A stretch of 63,850 bases of DNA, filler included, from Dicyema japonicum (GCA_011109175.1; 6 parts of 6 records of this genome joined end to end with filler, not necessarily neighbours in it), one strand, 5' to 3'. Positions 35,861-48,745 are shown, counted from the first letter of the whole stretch. Program-made: numbers and translations. The notes: generated by a model from the letters alone, not told the origin.

Positions 35861-37519
35861 CAAGCCAGACGATGTTAATTTGCTTCTTTTTTAAAATCTT
35901 CCAAAATTTTGGAGAAGACAATGTTATCCCAATTACTTTGCATTGTTGTGTCATCGGGGATTTTGAGTCCAGACCCGTTCCATTTCCGACAAGCTTCGTC
36001 AAATGAATACAGCGAAGTCCAAATATTTATATTGACTTTTCTCATCGACTTTTTGATTGAGATTTTAACGATAAACATATTGATATTGGTGTGGCTTGAC
36101 TAATCAAGATGGACGAAGATTTATACATTTATCTGGTTCTCTTTCCTTTGAGGTTTTGTCAAACAAAGAACGAAATCACTATTTATATACGTGTGGAGAT
36201 AAGCTTCGTGTTTTTCCGATGTTTTCACTTTTTGTTGAACTCCTACTATTATTTGAAATATTGGGAACTACCATATTCCCCATATCCTAAGCGCTAATTT
36301 AAAATCTTTATAAAATTTTATACTAATAATGTCAATTCGAGTCATTAAGGGAATTTCATTACGGGCTAGTTTTATTCTTTATCAACGTATACGTTGTGGA
36401 CTATATTAGCGTAAACATTTTGGATGCTATGGAGGAGTATCTACATTGTTTTGATAAACCTATTTTCTCAAGAGATTCTATACCGTTGTCTCAACTCATA
36501 TCAAACTGAAGATTTCAGAGCGAAATTGCCTTTGGGCAATAATAAGAAGTTGTCTAGATTGTGTGGATCAAGAGTGTATGAATATAAGAATATGAGATAC
36601 TCAATATATTGACGTCTCATACAAAAAAGTCATTAAAAACGNACATTGTTTTGATAAACCTATTTTCTCAAGAGATTCTATACCGTTGTCTCAACTCATA
36701 TCAAACTGAAGATTTCAAAGCGAAATTGCCTTTGGGCAATAATAAGAAGTTGTCAAGATTGTGTGGATCAAGAGTGTATGAATATAAGAATATGAGATAC
36801 TAAATATATTGACGTCTCATACAAAAAAGTCATTAAAAACGGAGGATTGAAAAAAGAAGCTTGGATACTTAAAACCAAACATTCTGTAGTCTTATATGAA
36901 GGTTTTAGATCCTGGATCTAAATCAGATGTTGTAGGTTGAAGTGATCCATTGTATTATTCTCACCTAGACGGATGATTCTAGTGTCTTTCGGGAGCAGCT
37001 CAAAAAATTCAAGTGATTGATCCAATGACTATGCAATATATATGTATATATAAACGTTATCTGATCCAGATAAAACAGCAGAAGTAATTTTAACATCGAT
37101 TTATTGTTTTCATTTTACTATAGAGATAGATATAATCTCTGAAAGATCTGGTTGATCTTCAGATTCCAATGCAGTATAGGTTTTTCAAGACTTTGATTTG
37201 GTTCCGTCCAATACGTACTTGTATTAGTTCAAGAAATGGTCACCGCAATATGCTGAGTTAATTACAGTTGTTTTTGGCTCACTTATTAGTTATCATTTTC
37301 TTTCATGCAGATCACACACGCCCTAAGATATATGAATTGGAGATATAAAATAAGCATAATTTTTAAGATATCTCATGTAAGAGTACAAGACAGAAAATTA
37401 AAAATCAGATTAAAAGTAAGAACAGTAAGAAAAATTTATCAAGTTAATTAAATTTTTTTTGGTCATAAAAAGAAATTTTATTATCAAATGAATAAAAATT
37501 AAATTAAGGCATCTGAATG

Positions 37520-37700
37520 GCCATGCTATTTCCCCTAACAATAGCCAACGAGATACGTTCTCGGAACCAACCAGTCTCTCGCGGATCCTTGGTCACAGCT
37601 TGAATCATGGAGTCGATCTTACGAACCAACTCATCTGCTTGGGGGCCAAGGATTCCTGACGTTTCCACCGCGAATGGAATAAAGAGATACTCCTCCGAAA
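37520..37700 (-). mobile_element. CRE C-terminal fragment (third subfamily)
   Basis: YLFIPFAVETSGILGPQA...FRERISLAIVRGNS. Confidence 0.75.
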
Positions 37701-38387
37701 TTCTCTAGTTCCCACTGCTTTTCTGTACATGCGACCCTCTTCCTTTACCAGAATTTGAACAGGCGTGAATTTTTTTTGATTATTATGGATTTTACGGATT
37801 CTACCGTTGACTCGACGCCGCTGAAAGTGAGGAAAAATGATTGCATTTTTAGTTAAGAAGGAGAGAAGAGTTAAAAAAANNNNNNNNNNNNNNNNNNNNN
37901 NNNNNNNNNNNNNNNNNNNNNNNNNNNNNNNNNNNNNNNNNNNNNNNNNNNNNNNNNNNNNNNNNNNNNNNNNNNNNNNNNNNNNNNNNNNNNNNNNNNN
38001 NNNNNNNNNNNNNNNNNNNNNNNNNNNNNNNNNNNNNNNNNNNNNNNNNNNNNNNNNNNNNNNNNNNNNNNNNNNNNNNNNNNNNNNNNNNNNNNNNNNN
38101 NNNNNNNNNNNNNNNNNNNNNNNNNNNNNNNNNNNNNNNNNNNNNNNNNNNNNNNNNNNNNNNNNNNNNNNNNNNNNNNNNNNNNNNNNNNNNNNNNNNN
38201 NNNNNNNNNNNNNNNNNNNNNNNNNNNNNNNNNNNNNNNNNNNNNNNNNNNNNNNNNNNNNNNNNNNNNNNNNNNNNNNNNNNNNNNNNNNNNNNNNNNN
38301 NNNNNNNNNNNNNNNNNNNNNNNNNNNNNNNNNNNNNNTGTATGTAACGTGTATAGACGCTTTCGCTTTGAACAACTACACTTAGAA

Positions 38388-39701
38388 CAGGGGAGGCCAA
38401 CCGGTCGATCGCGTGGGGTTTCTTGGTCGATCGCAATCGATTGAGTTTTAACGATACGATTGATATCGCGAAACTATGTGTATTTTCTTAGTTCTGATAT
38501 ATTAATTTTTTAAAGAAAAAACTTATATATTATAATGAAAAACAAAATAAATAAGAGAAACTTAATTCTAATTTTGGCTACTTCCAGAGTATTGACATCT
38601 TTTTGGATACAATTTATGATATGTCGGGCTCAGCTATTTTTGTAGTTCCAACTTTTATTAAAGTGGATAAATTTTTTCCAATTTCGGAGGACCATCGGTG
38701 CACAAACAAACTTCTTAAAATAAAACCCATAGTCGAAGAGACTTTTGAAGTTTTACAAAGATATCTTTATTTTTTTAGAACCCGTGTTCCACTACTGTGT
38801 GAAAGAGCTTTATCTCATCCCTGCAGAGGAATCCGATTGTGTAGGAGAACTTCATAACCAATCGACTTTCTTTTGCATTGGAAAAGGACAAGCTAAGCGG
38901 GTTTCCTTCCTCCTTCCAGATCCGAAGGAATTTGGTTACGCGACTACGGGTCGTAGCTTTTGCGAGTAAAGAATTAACCATTGATCCAGAATGAGAACCT
39001 TTATAAATATAGTTTTCCGGTATATTGAATTGATTTTGTGGAGCTTAGTCTCTAGACGTGTGGTTGACGTGATGTGGCTCACCCGAAAAGGTGTCACCCA
39101 TTCAGGAAAGGAACAAATAGAGCCAGCAAATTTCCCCTCATATGAGCCAGAATTCGAAATAATTGCAGGAGAATTAATGTTCGCACTTTCCGAGAACCCA
39201 TATCAGTTATGGTCCCATTGGCACAACACACACTTTATTTTAAGCAAAGAACAGTTATTATAACTAATCGTAGAGAGAACCAAGGAATGCTCTTCACTTT
39301 TTGTTTTCTTTTTCTAGGTTGTGCGTCCATTTAGACAATCCAGTCTCGTAGTGAATCTCCACTGATGACGGCGTCACTCGTCAAGCCCTTTTAGCATCGT
39401 AGAACCTTCGACCAGGTAAACAGCAGCGAGAATCGAACCCGTGATTTAAGTCACTTTTAGCCCGACACCTAACCACTGTGCCACTCGGCAGGAGATTTAC
39501 AATGACAAAATAGCATTGAATTTTTATTATAAAATAAAAATTCTCTCCGTTTTTGAAGCGTTTGTTTCTTGTTCACATTTTTGGTAAATAAAATCTAATA
39601 TTTAAAAAATTGTTATTAAAATACAAAAAATGTATAGTCGATCGCCAGACAAATCGCTATATAAAAAGTACCTCGAGAGCAAAAAAGGTTGGCCACAGAT
39701 G
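38388..39701 (-). mobile_element. Buster-type hAT deletion derivative carrying a SINE insertion
   Basis: Imperfect TIRs CAGGGGAGGCCAACC and CATCTGTGGCCAACC (reverse complement) with subterminal gtcgatcgc motifs. Both 8-nt flanks have TA at positions 4-5 but are not identical. The minus strand gives KDIFVKLQKSL...VCLCTDG. Confidence 0.65.
39228..39490 (-). mobile_element. tRNA-derived SINE nested in the hAT element
   Basis: The head and body match 49524-49837. Confidence 0.9.
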
Positions 39702-39989
39702 ATCTAATGCATAATAGTGGCACAATATGTAGTACTATGAAGACTATCATTGCTTCTAAATCTATTATTATCTGTTCTACAAATCCTGTTCCTATAAACT
39801 CTCTACGTTTTGGAGATGGAGGTCATTTTATTCTGAAGAATCTTGCTCCTGTTGCGATGGTCTTGAGGAACGTTTCTTTATGGGTTGAAGGAAGGGAACT
39901 TGAAAGATTTCATATTGGGAAACTTTGGTGGTATTGTCTAATAGAGAAGCTTAATCTATTGTCGGATTGGGGCTAAATATATGTTTCTC

Positions 39990-40150
39990 TATAGTTAACG
40001 TAGAATGGTATAGAAAGCCTAAGGTACAATGCTATCACTGTCATGGTTTTGGTCACAGTAAAAGCCAGGAGAAATGCTTAATTCGTTTGGGACCCCATTA
40101 AAGACTAAATATACGATCAGTGATGTGTGAATTGTGGTTCTGAAAGTCCA
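39990..40150 (+). mobile_element. LINE ORF1 zinc-knuckle remnant
   Basis: PKVQCYHCHGFGHSKS followed by a decayed CVNCG. Confidence 0.55.
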
Positions 40151-40289
40151 ATAATGATTTGATACGAACTGGTATTATCAGTTCAGAAAGTTTGTTGTTA
40201 TTAACAAATTGCGCAATAGCTTTTTTCGTAGCAATTTTTATTTTTGGCATATATAATCTAATTTGAATTTATTTTTATTTATTTTATTT

Positions 40290-40870
40290 AACACCCATGA
40301 CCACGGTAAAACCAAATTAACTATTACGTGATCCCGATGCGTTCATCAAAATCTTCATCCTTTCCCGGTCCTCCTCCCTCATGACCACACAAGCTCGTAC
40401 TGAGCGGCTGACTGTATTTGCAGGGCCACCTTCCCGCATGCTAGAGTTTAGTTTTATGAGGCTTCCAGAGTAGTCGGTCCGTTTCCGTGTCTCACACAAG
40501 TCCACCGCTCCGTTACTCTGAAAACCTTCTTTTGTACGTACTCGATTTTCTTAGTATTCGTCCATGATAATGAAGGTCCCCATGAAGGACACGCGTACGA
40601 GAAGCATGGTTCAATGTATTGCTTGTAGATATTCATCAAGACCGGGTGGGTACCGGTCTTCCATATTCCAGATAAATATTTCAATACATTGATTTTCTTC
40701 TTGAACTTCAGAACAATGTTTGCCACGTGTGGTGACAAACATAACTGGGTATCCAGTGTCATGACCAGGATCATATGACATTTGCTAAAGAGGATTTCAA
40801 CGTTGTCCAATTTTAAGGTGACAGTCTTCTTCCCCAAACTTTTGTCCGAAGTAAACATAGACTATACCAT
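40290..40870 (-). mobile_element. Jockey-like LINE 3' fragment
   Basis: ORF 40454-40858: TLDTQLCLSPHVANI...YKQYIEPCFSYACPSWG. Confidence 0.8.
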
Positions 40871-41634
40871 TTCAGGTTTAAAGTATGTCTTACCAAATTA
40901 TTATTATTATTGCTTAAAAATAAAGAATTTGTCCTGCCTAGGAATAGCGATAGCTAATATGGTTCTTTGTAAAGTGCAGTATTAATGAATTGATTTGAAA
41001 GATCTTTCTAAGATCACGTCGATAGTGGAAGGAAAAAGACTACAGCGGTGTTAAAATCGCATCTGCGTTTTTGATAAATCCGCAGAAGATTTCCTATTTA
41101 CATACAACTAGCATTGGGTTATTCAGGTCTATAGAAGTTATTGATGAAAGAAAAAATTCCTAATTATCGGTCAAAATTAAAAATTTTCGTACAATTAAAT
41201 TTTAATTATTTAATGGAACTATATACGATTTATTTTCTGCGTTAATTTTTTTTATAAAAAAGTTCAACTTTTATCCAAAATTTACGAATTTTTTAAAACT
41301 TTTGCTACCGCGCGCGTCGCGAATAGCTGTAAGTTCGATTCCCAAGCGCTACTTGCTTGATCGAAAGATCCCTTTTCTGTTTTTCGTTTTTTTTGAATTC
41401 TTAAGAGGCTTCATAGAATCCTACCTAAGTCAGGAAACTTTTAGAGTCTTGCCTGCTTAAAAAAAAGATCTTGTTCTTTCCTACTTACTGGTTGGGTTCC
41501 ACAATGACGAATATGAATTGATGTGTTGCTTGGAAATGATGTGTCTCACTTAACCAGGAGAACTGGATATACCAAAATACACAAGTCGCTTAAAAATTCA
41601 AGTTTTATTGAAAATTCCCACAAATCGAGAAANT

Positions 41635-41858
41635 ACGATGGCAGAAATGGTTTGACGAGTGACGCCGTCATCAGTGAATACTCACTGCGGAACTGGATTT
41701 GTCTAGAAAGGAACTCCCACAAGAAAAAGAAAAAAAAGAAGTGAAGATCATTCCTTGGTTCTACGATTAGTTAAAATTAACTGTTCTTTACTTAAATAAA
41801 GTGTGTGTCCTGCCTATGCGGAGCTATAAAATACTATGGCTCTCGTGAAAAGGCTTTA
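41635..41858 (+). mobile_element. SINE, 5' cut at an N, complete 3' tail
   Basis: Body plus the tail gtcctgcctatgcggagctataaaatactatggctctcgtgaaaaggc. Confidence 0.9.
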
Positions 41859-41868
41859 TTTTATTCCA

Positions 41869-44800
41869 TAAGACAAGACAAATTTTATTTTCTAACAAAC
41901 CCCAAAACTAATTACTGTAAAGAAACCAAAACCTGAACAAAACTAATTAAGTGGGTTTGTATTCATCGTGTAGGGTCATTTTATGAGACACCACATGTCT
42001 CTACTTCGTTATTATTATTTCAAGACAAGACAAATTTTATTTTCTAACAAACCCCAAAACTAATTACTGTAAAGAAACCAAAACCTGAACCAAAACTAAT
42101 TAAGTGGGTTTGTATTCATCGTGTAGGGTCATTTTATGAGACACCACATGTCTCTACTTCGTTTGGACCCCAAAAATTACATCACATTTTCCATAAGTGA
42201 TGTAATAATTTTTCTATCTTTCTGACTTTCAGGTCGTAATCCTCTTCGATATTAGATTTTAAGTCCAGTCCATATGCTAATTTAATCGCAAATCTTCTGG
42301 ACTTTTCCAATTTTTTGACAAAGACATCACTTTCTTTTGTTCTAAACCATCCTTGATAACCATATATCAAGAATGGTTCAACACACGCCGAATACACAAA
42401 AAGAAAAGTTTCTGGCTCCAAATGAAATCGAATTAAAGATTTCAACATTCCTGTAGCTTTCTTTCTTCGTGTTTTAATATGTTCCTTGAAAGATCCTCTT
42501 CGGTCTATCAACAATCCGAGATACTTCAATGTTTCAGAGATTTTTATATCCCCAGTATTCACACATTGATTAATATTTTTTCTTTTACTTGCAATCCAAG
42601 TGACTGTTGTTTTTTCCCTCGATAGAGTCAACCCATTGTTTTGGCACCACTTTCCAATCTTAGTAATATGGGATTCCACCCTTTTCCATGAAATTTGTTT
42701 ATTCATGCTTGAATCAAGCACAAGAATGTCATCAGCATAAATAATCATTTGACTATTTACGCTCTCTGTTTTCGGCAAATCTCTCATTACGCAATTGAAG
42801 AGTAGCGGGCTGAGAATTGAACCCTGTGGAACTCCTCTTCGCAATTCAATTTTCTTTGAAATTAAATTTCCAACACGTATATATGACTTTCTTTTTGAAA
42901 GAAAGTTTTCTATCCATAATAACGCAGTTTTCCCAATTTCTGCTTTTGACAACGTATCAACAAGTCCAAAGTGCCAAACACTGTCAAACGCTTTTGTTAT
43001 ATCCAAACATGCTATTGTAAGAAATTCCTTTTTATTTCGTGAAATTTCGATTGCAGATCTTAGCTCTTTAAAGCAATCTCCAGTCCCTTTTTTATGCCGA
43101 AATCCCAGTTGATTATCAGAGAGAAAATTATTATCCTCAACATGCCTTGATAGACGATTGAAAACAATTTTTTCCATAACTTTCGATATTGAGCAGACTA
43201 GGCTAATTGGCCTATAACTATCTGCTTTTGACCTTGGCTTTCCTTTTTTCACAACCATGCGTACAATTGTTCGTTTCCAATAAGCTGGAACATGACCAAA
43301 ACTCCAAGAAGAATTATATAATATTTTTAGGCACTCAATCAAAATTGGGCCTGCGTTCTTGAAAATACTCATTGGGATAAAATCCCACCCTGGTGCTTTA
43401 TTTTTGCAACCCTTAATTGCAGCATTTATTTCTTCCAGCGTTATAGGATGACACAAGGGACCACTCATTTCGACTTTTCTTTATAACTACTTCTTGTATC
43501 TTGTACTTCTATCGGAATAAAAGATGCCGGATCTATCTCTTGAATTTTGGACAATTGTCGACGTAAAACATTTGGAATTTCTTCTTTTGGAATAGTGAGA
43601 CCATCATCTGACTTGAGAGATATTTCTTCATTCTTATTACTGGGAGAATTCATTCTTGCATATAGTTTCCAAAATTTTGGGTTCTGTCGACGTAACTTTG
43701 AACATTCTCTTTTCCATACTTTTTCTTCATTCTTCTTTACAACATCCATTATTTTCTTCTTCACTAACTTGATCTGCATTTTAAGTTCTTGAGAGTCGAA
43801 GATATCCCAACACCTCTTTAATTTATTTTCTAACTTATTCTTCTCCTGACGCAAAGAGCGTTCTTCTACTCCTATTATCATATTTTCCTGCGGCAACAGA
43901 TTTTTTCTTTTTCCATAATTTTCCAGATAACTTAACAACAAAGATCTTATTTTGTTATCCAGAATGTCGATATCTTCCGGTTTCGAAATCCCCAAATCAC
44001 AAACATTACCAATTTTCAGCCTGATGTAGAAATTGAAGTGATTCCAATCAATTTTGCTGACATCATATCCAATGAATAACTGTCGTGTGTAAACCGGACC
44101 AGTTTTTAATTCAATCGTTTGTGGGATGTGGTCACTTCCTATGTCATTTTCGATATATGGAGGATCACACATTTCACTCATCGTCAGAGGCATTATGAAC
44201 AATCCAAGTTTATCACCACTATAAGTTGCATAGTGATTTATTTCTGCTGACGTCAAAATTTTCAATTCTCCTGATTCCATCCACTTTATAAGACATTTTC
44301 CATCCTGATCACATCCATAATCAACATGCTTTGCGTTCATGTCCCCAACCAAAATCGAATTCACGTTTTCGTTAAAAAATTTCTCAATGATCCAAGGGTA
44401 CTCACGTAAGCTCTTAGAATAAATTCCTCCAACTGTTATCCATCCAATATTTGTTTGTATTTGCACACTGACTAGTTCACATACATCTTCTTCAATAATT
44501 CTTGGTCTCTTCGTATTCAAATTAGATTTATAATAAATCGAAGTTCCAGTTCCAGAAATAGAACCCTTCTTCCACGGAATATCAATTGATGAAAATCCAT
44601 TAAGTTTAAAAGAACTTCCCTTCTTGATCTTCGTCTCATTTACTATCAAAACATCCATATGCACTGTGCTGACCAATGCAGTCAGCTCTGAAGCCCGCTT
44701 CCGAAGAGAGCGGGCATTAATCAGGGTTATCCTGATTACTTCTGATTTTTTTGGTGGCTGATCCCTCCTCTTAGGATCGCCACCAAATCCAATAAATGCT

Positions 44801-44927
44801 TCGTATCCTTTTTTGTTTTCGTTACTTCTATAATGCTTTTCTCTAATTTTTTCAAAGTTTGTGAATAATCAAGTTGACATTCACCATCATTGACCTGTGT
44901 TGAGATTTCTTCTTTCTTTCCCTTCAC
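41869..44927 (-). mobile_element. I/Jockey-group LINE: 5'-truncated ORF1, near-intact ORF2 (one frame break at about 43466), duplicated 3' UTR
   Basis: APE motifs LINARSL, IVNETK, GDMNAKH and GSDHIP. RT motifs APGWD, YRPISL, LDITKAFDSVWH, GVPQGSILSP and YADD. 41869-42007 repeats 42022-42161. Confidence 0.93.
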
Positions 44928-45307
44928 AGGTTATCTGTAAATATTGACAGTGCTTCAAGAATATAAGGAATTTTCTGGCAATAAGTTTTTGGGTTATCCC
45001 TTCTAAATTCTTCATTAAGTTCGCGAAGATGCCCTAATGTTACATAATACATTATATTAATATATTCTTCATTACAAATATCTCTGTTCTCATTTCGGAT
45101 ACCATTAACGTGATTTTTCAATTGATAGTGACTTATTATCCATTTGTAAACTTGTATTATAATAAAAATAGCCCTAAAAAAATAGCTCTTTCACATTGTT
45201 GAACTATTAAAATTAACTATAATTTAATTACTTGGTAATATTTGAGTTGGGTCCAGTAGTCTTTTCTGTATTATTAAAGAAATCAATCTTATCATAAAAG
45301 GTAGCAT
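44924..45307 (-). pseudogene. Secreted 4-Cys family, paralog 1 (28-nt intron at 45204-45231, one frameshift, 3'-truncated by the LINE)
   Basis: MLPFMIRLISL...QQCERA...NHVNGIRNENRDICNEEY...TLGHLRE...PKTYCQKIP aligns with the other two paralogs. Confidence 0.8.
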
Positions 45308-46254
45308 TACTTGGCTAACGTAAATGTTCTTTTATATAAAATAAGATGTGAATGCATATTTAAAAATGTATTTTGCTCTCACACGACTAACAGCTGAGAA
45401 TATATTTTACCTAATGTCGACAACATGATTAGTATCACTCATCAAGTTGCTTAAACTAAGACTCCAATATGTGATAATACCCAACTTCCATTAAAACCTT
45501 TTAACTAGGGGGCATTGAGATATTTTTGACCCTCTCTTTTAAGAAATCACCCGTCAAACCATAAGCATCGAGATGCGAGAAACCTTCTTTTGGAATGTAC
45601 ATCAGCAAAATTCGAACCTGGAATTATATCATTTATAACATTGGAACATCTTGCTAATGCGATCATTCAATAATTATTGTTGAGTTAAATAAATTTTAGA
45701 TTCCTGTTTCGTTTACGTGTAGAAGCTAATGACAGCTCTTTGCACGCCTCCGAGAAGGTTGCTTGCTTAGAGATATATTCAACTTTCAAGTATTTTTTAT
45801 TTCAAAGAAATTTCTATTCGAATTTCTATTCCACTGAGAAAAGGACTATGTCTACAGAATAAACGTGAGTTGAAAATTTTAGCTACCATTCCAAGATTAT
45901 GACAGTTCTTCAAGATTTTTAATTTTTGGCTTACGAGAATTTAATTCAGATATTACGAGCATAAGAGAGTGCTTCGTTTAGAACCTCTGGTTTCCGATGT
46001 TTTTGAGTACTTTTACCTCGTCCAAGTTCACGTTACGAAGAAGAAAAGGCGCTTTATTCATCAAGAAGCTAACCATACATTTATTGCAATAGAGAATATG
46101 GATAAGTCACCATCATAACATTCATGTCATTAATTCACTTTGAGTTTAAAAATGTTAAATTAAGTTAGAATTGACTCAAATATATTTTTATCGATATAAT
46201 AAAAATTAATATTAACAACCTTTTCGCGAAATCCTATTATTTATAGTTCCGCAT

Positions 46255-46460
46255 AAACAAGACACACTTTGTTAGAGTAACGAACCGTATTAAGGGAAAG
46301 AGGAACCAAGTAATGTCCTTTAACTTCTTTTTTTCTTATTTTTCCTGAGTGTCAGTCTTACTTGAAAGATCTGGTTCTGCAGTGAAGCATTTATTGATGA
46401 CAGTGTCAATCGTAATACCAAATCATAAATGTGCGGAACATTCAACAATTAGAACCAGAA
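46255..46460 (-). mobile_element. Old diverged SINE copy
   Basis: ggttctgcagtgaagcatttattgatgacagtgtcaatcgta resembles agttctgcagtgagtatccactgatgacggcgtcactcgtca. Confidence 0.55.
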
Positions 46461-47231
46461 TAGTGATGACTGCGTGATACCTCAGTGGGAGATAAATGAT
46501 CCTTTTTCGAGCCACTTTGAACTGGACACAACATGAAACATGTGGATCATATGACATACCACTACAGTAAAAAAAGGAAAGAGAACTAGTAGCTATCTTA
46601 CTGTATATATGATGATTGTGATATCAGATTATGAATATCAGGAATTCTAAAAATCCCAAAAATGTTATTTTTAGAGTTTCCGAAAACCATAATAATTCAT
46701 AAAACTCGATAAACAGAAAAGAATACCTTCTGACTCGAGCATATTGAACATAAACGAAATCTAAAAGTGAATAATATTGTTGACTTAACACGAGTAGAAA
46801 TGGAAGTTACATCTATCCTAAATGATAAAGTTATTTTATGCAATTTTAGTACTTCACGACAATACAAAACAACAAAGAAAACTTTATAATGAACAAAAAG
46901 TCTATAATCTAAAATTATACCTGATGTAATGATAATTTTGGATTAATTTAACTATCAACGGATCAGTTTAGTAAATTGGACAAGATACTTTAATTGGCTT
47001 GTTCTACTTGTTAGAACAAAAGAATTAGGAACAAATCAGATCGAAGACAATTAGACGTAGCAAACGATGTCCAAGGGATGATTATTTCCTTTGACCTGCA
47101 CTAGCCTAATTCGTTCCCAATGACACTAATTATTTTCATTCTATATTTTAATGAATAAAGAAAATTTATTGATAACGATTTTAACTGAGAAAGTAAAATT
47201 ATCCATTAGCTGACTTATTCTCACGATTAGA

Positions 47232-47654
47232 CTACATGCTCTTCACACAAGTCAAGTAAAGTTCTAATCTATTAGTTGTAGCATTCTGGCTTTCAGAAAG
47301 TATTGTCAGTGCTTTTCTAACAAAAGAAATTTTCTCGCAAAATGTCTGTGGGTCAGCACTCTTATATTTTTCATTATTTTCGCGAAGATGTCCTAATGTT
47401 GCATAATTCATTATATTATTAAATTCATCATTACAAATATCTTTGTTCTTGTTTCGGATGCCATTAACATGACTATTTAAATAAAAGTGACTTTCTTTGA
47501 AAGCGTTTATTTGATTACGAAGCGATTGAAACCTTCTTTTACAATGTTCTTCGGTTAAATCAACTATAATTAATTCACCATCTAAATTTTGAGCTTGGTC
47601 AAATGGTCCTCTGTGCATTACTAAAGAAACAAATGTTATCAGTAAAGGTAACAT
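47232..47654 (-). CDS. Secreted 4-Cys family, paralog 2 (140 aa unspliced; optional in-frame intron)
   Basis: Open ORF with a short hydrophobic N-terminus (MLPLLITFVSLVM), four Cys and an N-glycosylation sequon (NAT). Homologous to paralogs 1 and 3. Confidence 0.8.
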   Translation of the reverse strand: MLPLLITFVSLVMHRGPFDQAQNLDGELIIVDLTEEHCKRRFQSLRNQINAFKESHFYLNSHVNGIRNKNKDICNDEFNNIMNYATLGHLRENNEKYKSADPQTFCEKISFVRKALTILSESQNATTNRLELYLTCVKSM

Positions 47655-48745
47655 TAATTAGCTGACTTATGTGTTCTTATATATTGAACGAGATGTGCAT
47701 GCATATTTTAAAAATGTATTTTGCTCTCACGCGACTAACAGGCAAAAGAATATATTTTACTGATGTAGACAACATGATTATTATCGCAAATCAAGTTGAT
47801 TAGACTAATACTACAATCTGTAGAAAATCAAAAACCTCCATTTAAAACCTCTTTACTAGGTGATATTGAGATATTTTAACCCTGTCGTTAGAGAAATCAC
47901 CTTTGACGGTGTCACTTGTCGAACCCTAAGCATTGTAGATGCGTGAAACTTTTTTTGGAATGTACAGCAGCAAGTTTCAAATCTGGAACCATATGGATTT
48001 ATAACACTGGGCCATCCTGGTATAAAGATAATTCAATAAGTTATCGTTAAAGCAAATAAAATGTTAATTTTTAGCTAGTTTACAGGTAGAAAGCGACCGA
48101 TCTTTGCAATTCAAAAAAATCTCCCTATAATAATTGAATTTTGTAGTCATTCCAATAAAATGTTTTAATTGGAAAATATTGATCTTTTACATGAATGGGT
48201 CTTTATTACAATCATTCTCTTGGTAGTCTGTTATATTAATACATCGAGAATACTTTGAACTTTCAGAGATGTAACGTTTGTTTTTTTCGCCATTGAAGCA
48301 TTCGGAGTTGTTAATCCTGAGGCATTAAAATAAATAAATTTGGATCCAAATAAATGAGGTCAGAAAATGCTAATATTCGGCTGTTGGTTCGTATGATAAA
48401 CTGAAGAGTTTGCTAAGCGAATGACGATTTTGTCCCTAGGAAATTGTTAGGGAAAGTAAACCATATGGATAAAAGATCCATAATAGGTCTAAGTCTTTAA
48501 ACATCCTAATTTGACTCTCATCATATGATTACTGAGGATCATCGACCAAAAAATTATGTATTTGAACCATACTAACGCAAAACACAAATGTAAGAGGAAC
48601 AGTTATGCAAACTAATCCATAATATTGAAAATTATCTTGACCTCTAGTTCTTTACTATTTGCATCTGTGTGAGTTCCATTAGGCAGCCCAGTTCAGACTT
48701 ATGTAATGCTGATGACGGTGTCACATCGTAAACCAAAAACGAGTA

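Noticed and set aside
24222-38436. Long ORFs containing X runs in the ORF track
   Set aside because: They are translations through N gaps.
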